A model generated the notes under the pieces. That model had not been told where the DNA came from. It saw only the letters and a list, made by a program, of their open reading frames with translations, and did no database searches. From contig OZ024740.1 of the NCBI GenBank assembly GCA_964016885.1, forward strand, positions 367,970,001 through 368,034,000: 64,000 nt of DNA, in the 5' to 3' direction. The stretch comes from Eledone cirrhosa (lineage: Eukaryota). Position numbers and translations under genes: made by a program. Positions 60,931 through 64,000 of the stretch are shown here, piece after piece (the stretch's first letter is position 1; each line of letters opens with the position of its first letter).

Positions 60931-62592
60931 TAAGAGTCAATAGCCATCCAAAATCACCTGGAGAGATGACCCCTTAGCCTTTGTCAAGGCAGAATTCTAG
61001 GAGAAGGAAAACTCTGATATAACACCTGCAACCCTGATGGTATCCAATGATGTTGAATTGATCTTCTTTTTGGTAAATATCATCTTGGTTAAGAGAGTGG
61101 GACTGGCTTTGTGCAGTGCCTTTGCTCACTATAAAAGCTTCACAGCACAGGCATTGCTTTATATCTGGAGATCTCTCTGCACCTGTCGTCACATGGTACC
61201 ATGGGCCCAGCACTATGTGTCAATAATTGTCACAAGTGTAGTGTTTGTACCAGAGTTTTCAAGTCGCTGGCTGGACTAAAAAGTCACACTCGTTCAGCGC
61301 ATTGGTAGGGGTTCTCCTACATGGATATAAAGTAGTGGCCGTACTCGAAAACGAGTTGTCAGCCACCATGTATGTATGTATGTATGTATGTATGTATGTA
61401 TGTATGTATGTATGTATGTATGTCGGTCACTCTTGAGTGCTACTGGTAACATGTAACCCCGTACAACCTGTTGGATGGTCGGGTCGTTGCTGACTAAACT
61501 GGCAACCCACCAAGTTTACTTGGTGAGGAGGGTGATTTGGGACACCCTGCAGGACAAAAAACAAACCTGACAAAGGGCGGAAGAACTCATAAGAGTCAAC
61601 GGCCATCCATGAGTGTGTAAATAAGTATATACACATGTACCGCGCGGTTAAACCACTGGGAGTGAAGGACACATAGCCTTTGTCAGGGCATTCTTCTAAG
61701 CAACTCAGAAAACTGGGATAACTCCGATATAAAACCTGCGGCTCAGTAGTTACCGATGATGTTGATCTTTTCTTCTCTTAGGGTTATAGCTACTGTCGCT
61801 CAGAGAGTAGGATTGGCTTAGTGCACAGTCTTTCCTCACTTTAAAATTTATTTTCACGCACAGGCATTGCACGATAGAATTAATTAATTAATAATTATTG
61901 ATAATGGTATATCGTGAAAATGGCCATACTTGATAACGAGGGGGCAGCCATCAGTTTGGTGAGGAAGGTGATATTTGGATACCCTGTGGGATGAAATGCA
62001 TGACCCGGCAAAGGGCGGACGACCTCAGCAGAGTCAACGGCCATCCAAATAGTATTTTCTTTTTCTTTTTTCTTTTTTTTTCACCTGGTGAGTGAAAACC
62101 CCCAATTGTTGTCACAACACCTTTCTTCATAAAAATACGTTTTTAATCCTTTTCCTCATATATATGAGGAAAAGGTTAAACAATGTGTTTTAAAAGCGCA
62201 CCTGCTATATATATAAAGAATCTTCAAAACACGTACAGAAATAGGTGTTTAAAATTGATGTTAGCAAAGTCTGCTTTTCCGTATTGAATCACATGCAGGC
62301 GAGAATCAGGATACAGGAGATATAAAGAAAAGGCAATTTAATCTTATCACAAATTTTTGTTACACCAAAACAGAAAAGCAAGCGTTGCTAATATAAAATG
62401 TTAACATCAACTTTTGTACATGTTATAAACATCTTATATATATATCTACCTGTAGCACTTTTCAAACTCTTATTTCCTCATTTTCCTTATATAACGTGAT
62501 CTGTAAGGAACGCTTTCTAACGTCCTAATTTTTTTTTACTATATTTAATATAACAGTGTAAATTCACCTCCCATTTTGTTTGTTCCATCCAT

Positions 62593-62681
<89 letters not shown>

Positions 62682-64000
62682 GTGTGTGTGTGTGTGTGTA
62701 TGAGTGTGTGTGTGTGTGTGTGTGTGTAATTTTACAGTTTTGGGAGGTGTTTGCACACACACACACACATATATATGTATATTTAATCAGCATTTCATGA
62801 GAAGTAAATTTATGTTCCTATATTTAATGAAAACATTAAAGATTCAAATGCATATACTGATAATATATGTGCATATTGATTTCAAGAGAATATTTAAGAA
62901 AAAAATGAGAAAGTGACAAAGTGATTTAAGAAGTTATAAAACACTTCTCATGAAAAACCGATTCCAGCTATATAGATTTCTGTAGAACAAAGAATTAAAA
63001 AGCATACCTTCAGATGCTTTTCTTATTGCATTGGATTTTTGTTGCTCATTACTTCCCTTTGATCATTAGAAATACATAGGAAATATGTAGACAATCAAAA
63101 TAAGTTATTTAATATTATTGCAAAGAATATATTCATCTATTTCTGCGGGATACGGTTGCAAATATATTCACAACATTTAAGCTGATATAAAATCATTTCT
63201 CTATCCACGTATACACTATTCCTTTCAAAGCAGTAGATATCTATAATACCTTTCTAGTAATAATACTTTTATGGGTGAAAGTGACTTGAAACATTTCTAG
63301 CGCTACGAGTAATATATATATATATGTTCAATATTCGCACGGTTATAGAGTTACTTAAAACTGAAATTGCTATTACTCCTGCGACACACACATAGACACA
63401 CTCAGACAGAGACACACGCATACATATCACAAATACTCACACACACACACATACATAGAGAAAGATAGAGACAGAAGGAGGGGTAGCGAGAGCACATAGA
63501 GAGAGAGAGAGAGAGAGAGAGAGTATCATCTTAGCTTAAATGTAAATACATCTACAAAGGACCAAAGCTAAACACGATCACAGACAAGAGTGTTTTATAC
63601 AGCTACATGGGACCCCACTCGCCAGCCATATTACCCAAGAAAAGGTAAAGATCTAATACGTCCTTTAGAACTATGTCCCAAACAAGCTGCATAAAATATT
63701 TTTATGAGGGTAAAGATAGACAACACACAGCAGATGATATACATACATATGTATACATACAGGCATGCACACACATGCGGACGCACACTCACACACACAC
63801 ATACACGGACAGACTGACACACAGACACACACATATATACTATTCCTTAATATGGTTTATGCACGTAATATGTTACGTGTACGAAACATTAATACAGCAC
63901 TTTCATAATTTCTGATATTCTCAACAAGTATTGAAATCTCTTTAATGTTTTCACGGGGGAAAATAGAGAAAACTATAATTCTTTTTTTAAGGAAAATATT

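Overview
AT-rich, microsatellite-dense eukaryotic DNA. The repeat content (tRNA-type SINE, (TA)n/(CA)n/(TATG)n runs, Helitrons, Penelope elements) suggests a cephalopod such as octopus, but that is inference. Most ORFs in the supplied track are microsatellite artefacts. Real coding signal is almost all decayed mobile DNA: at least seven Penelope-like (PLE) RT or GIY-YIG fragments, a head-to-tail stack of four restriction-like-endonuclease non-LTR retrotransposons (R4/Dong-like) joined at (CATA)n repeats (51.7-60.9 kb), and two non-autonomous Helitrons, one nested precisely inside a retroelement. A few candidate minus-strand host exons, one CUB-like, suggest the window is largely intronic. The most striking feature is a set of non-coding fold-back elements, many abutting (TA)n tracts, that carry minimal type I hammerhead ribozyme motifs. 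Two unrelated families use a non-canonical UUGANAA core (U3:A8 compensatory pair). All calls were made by eye and element boundaries are approximate.
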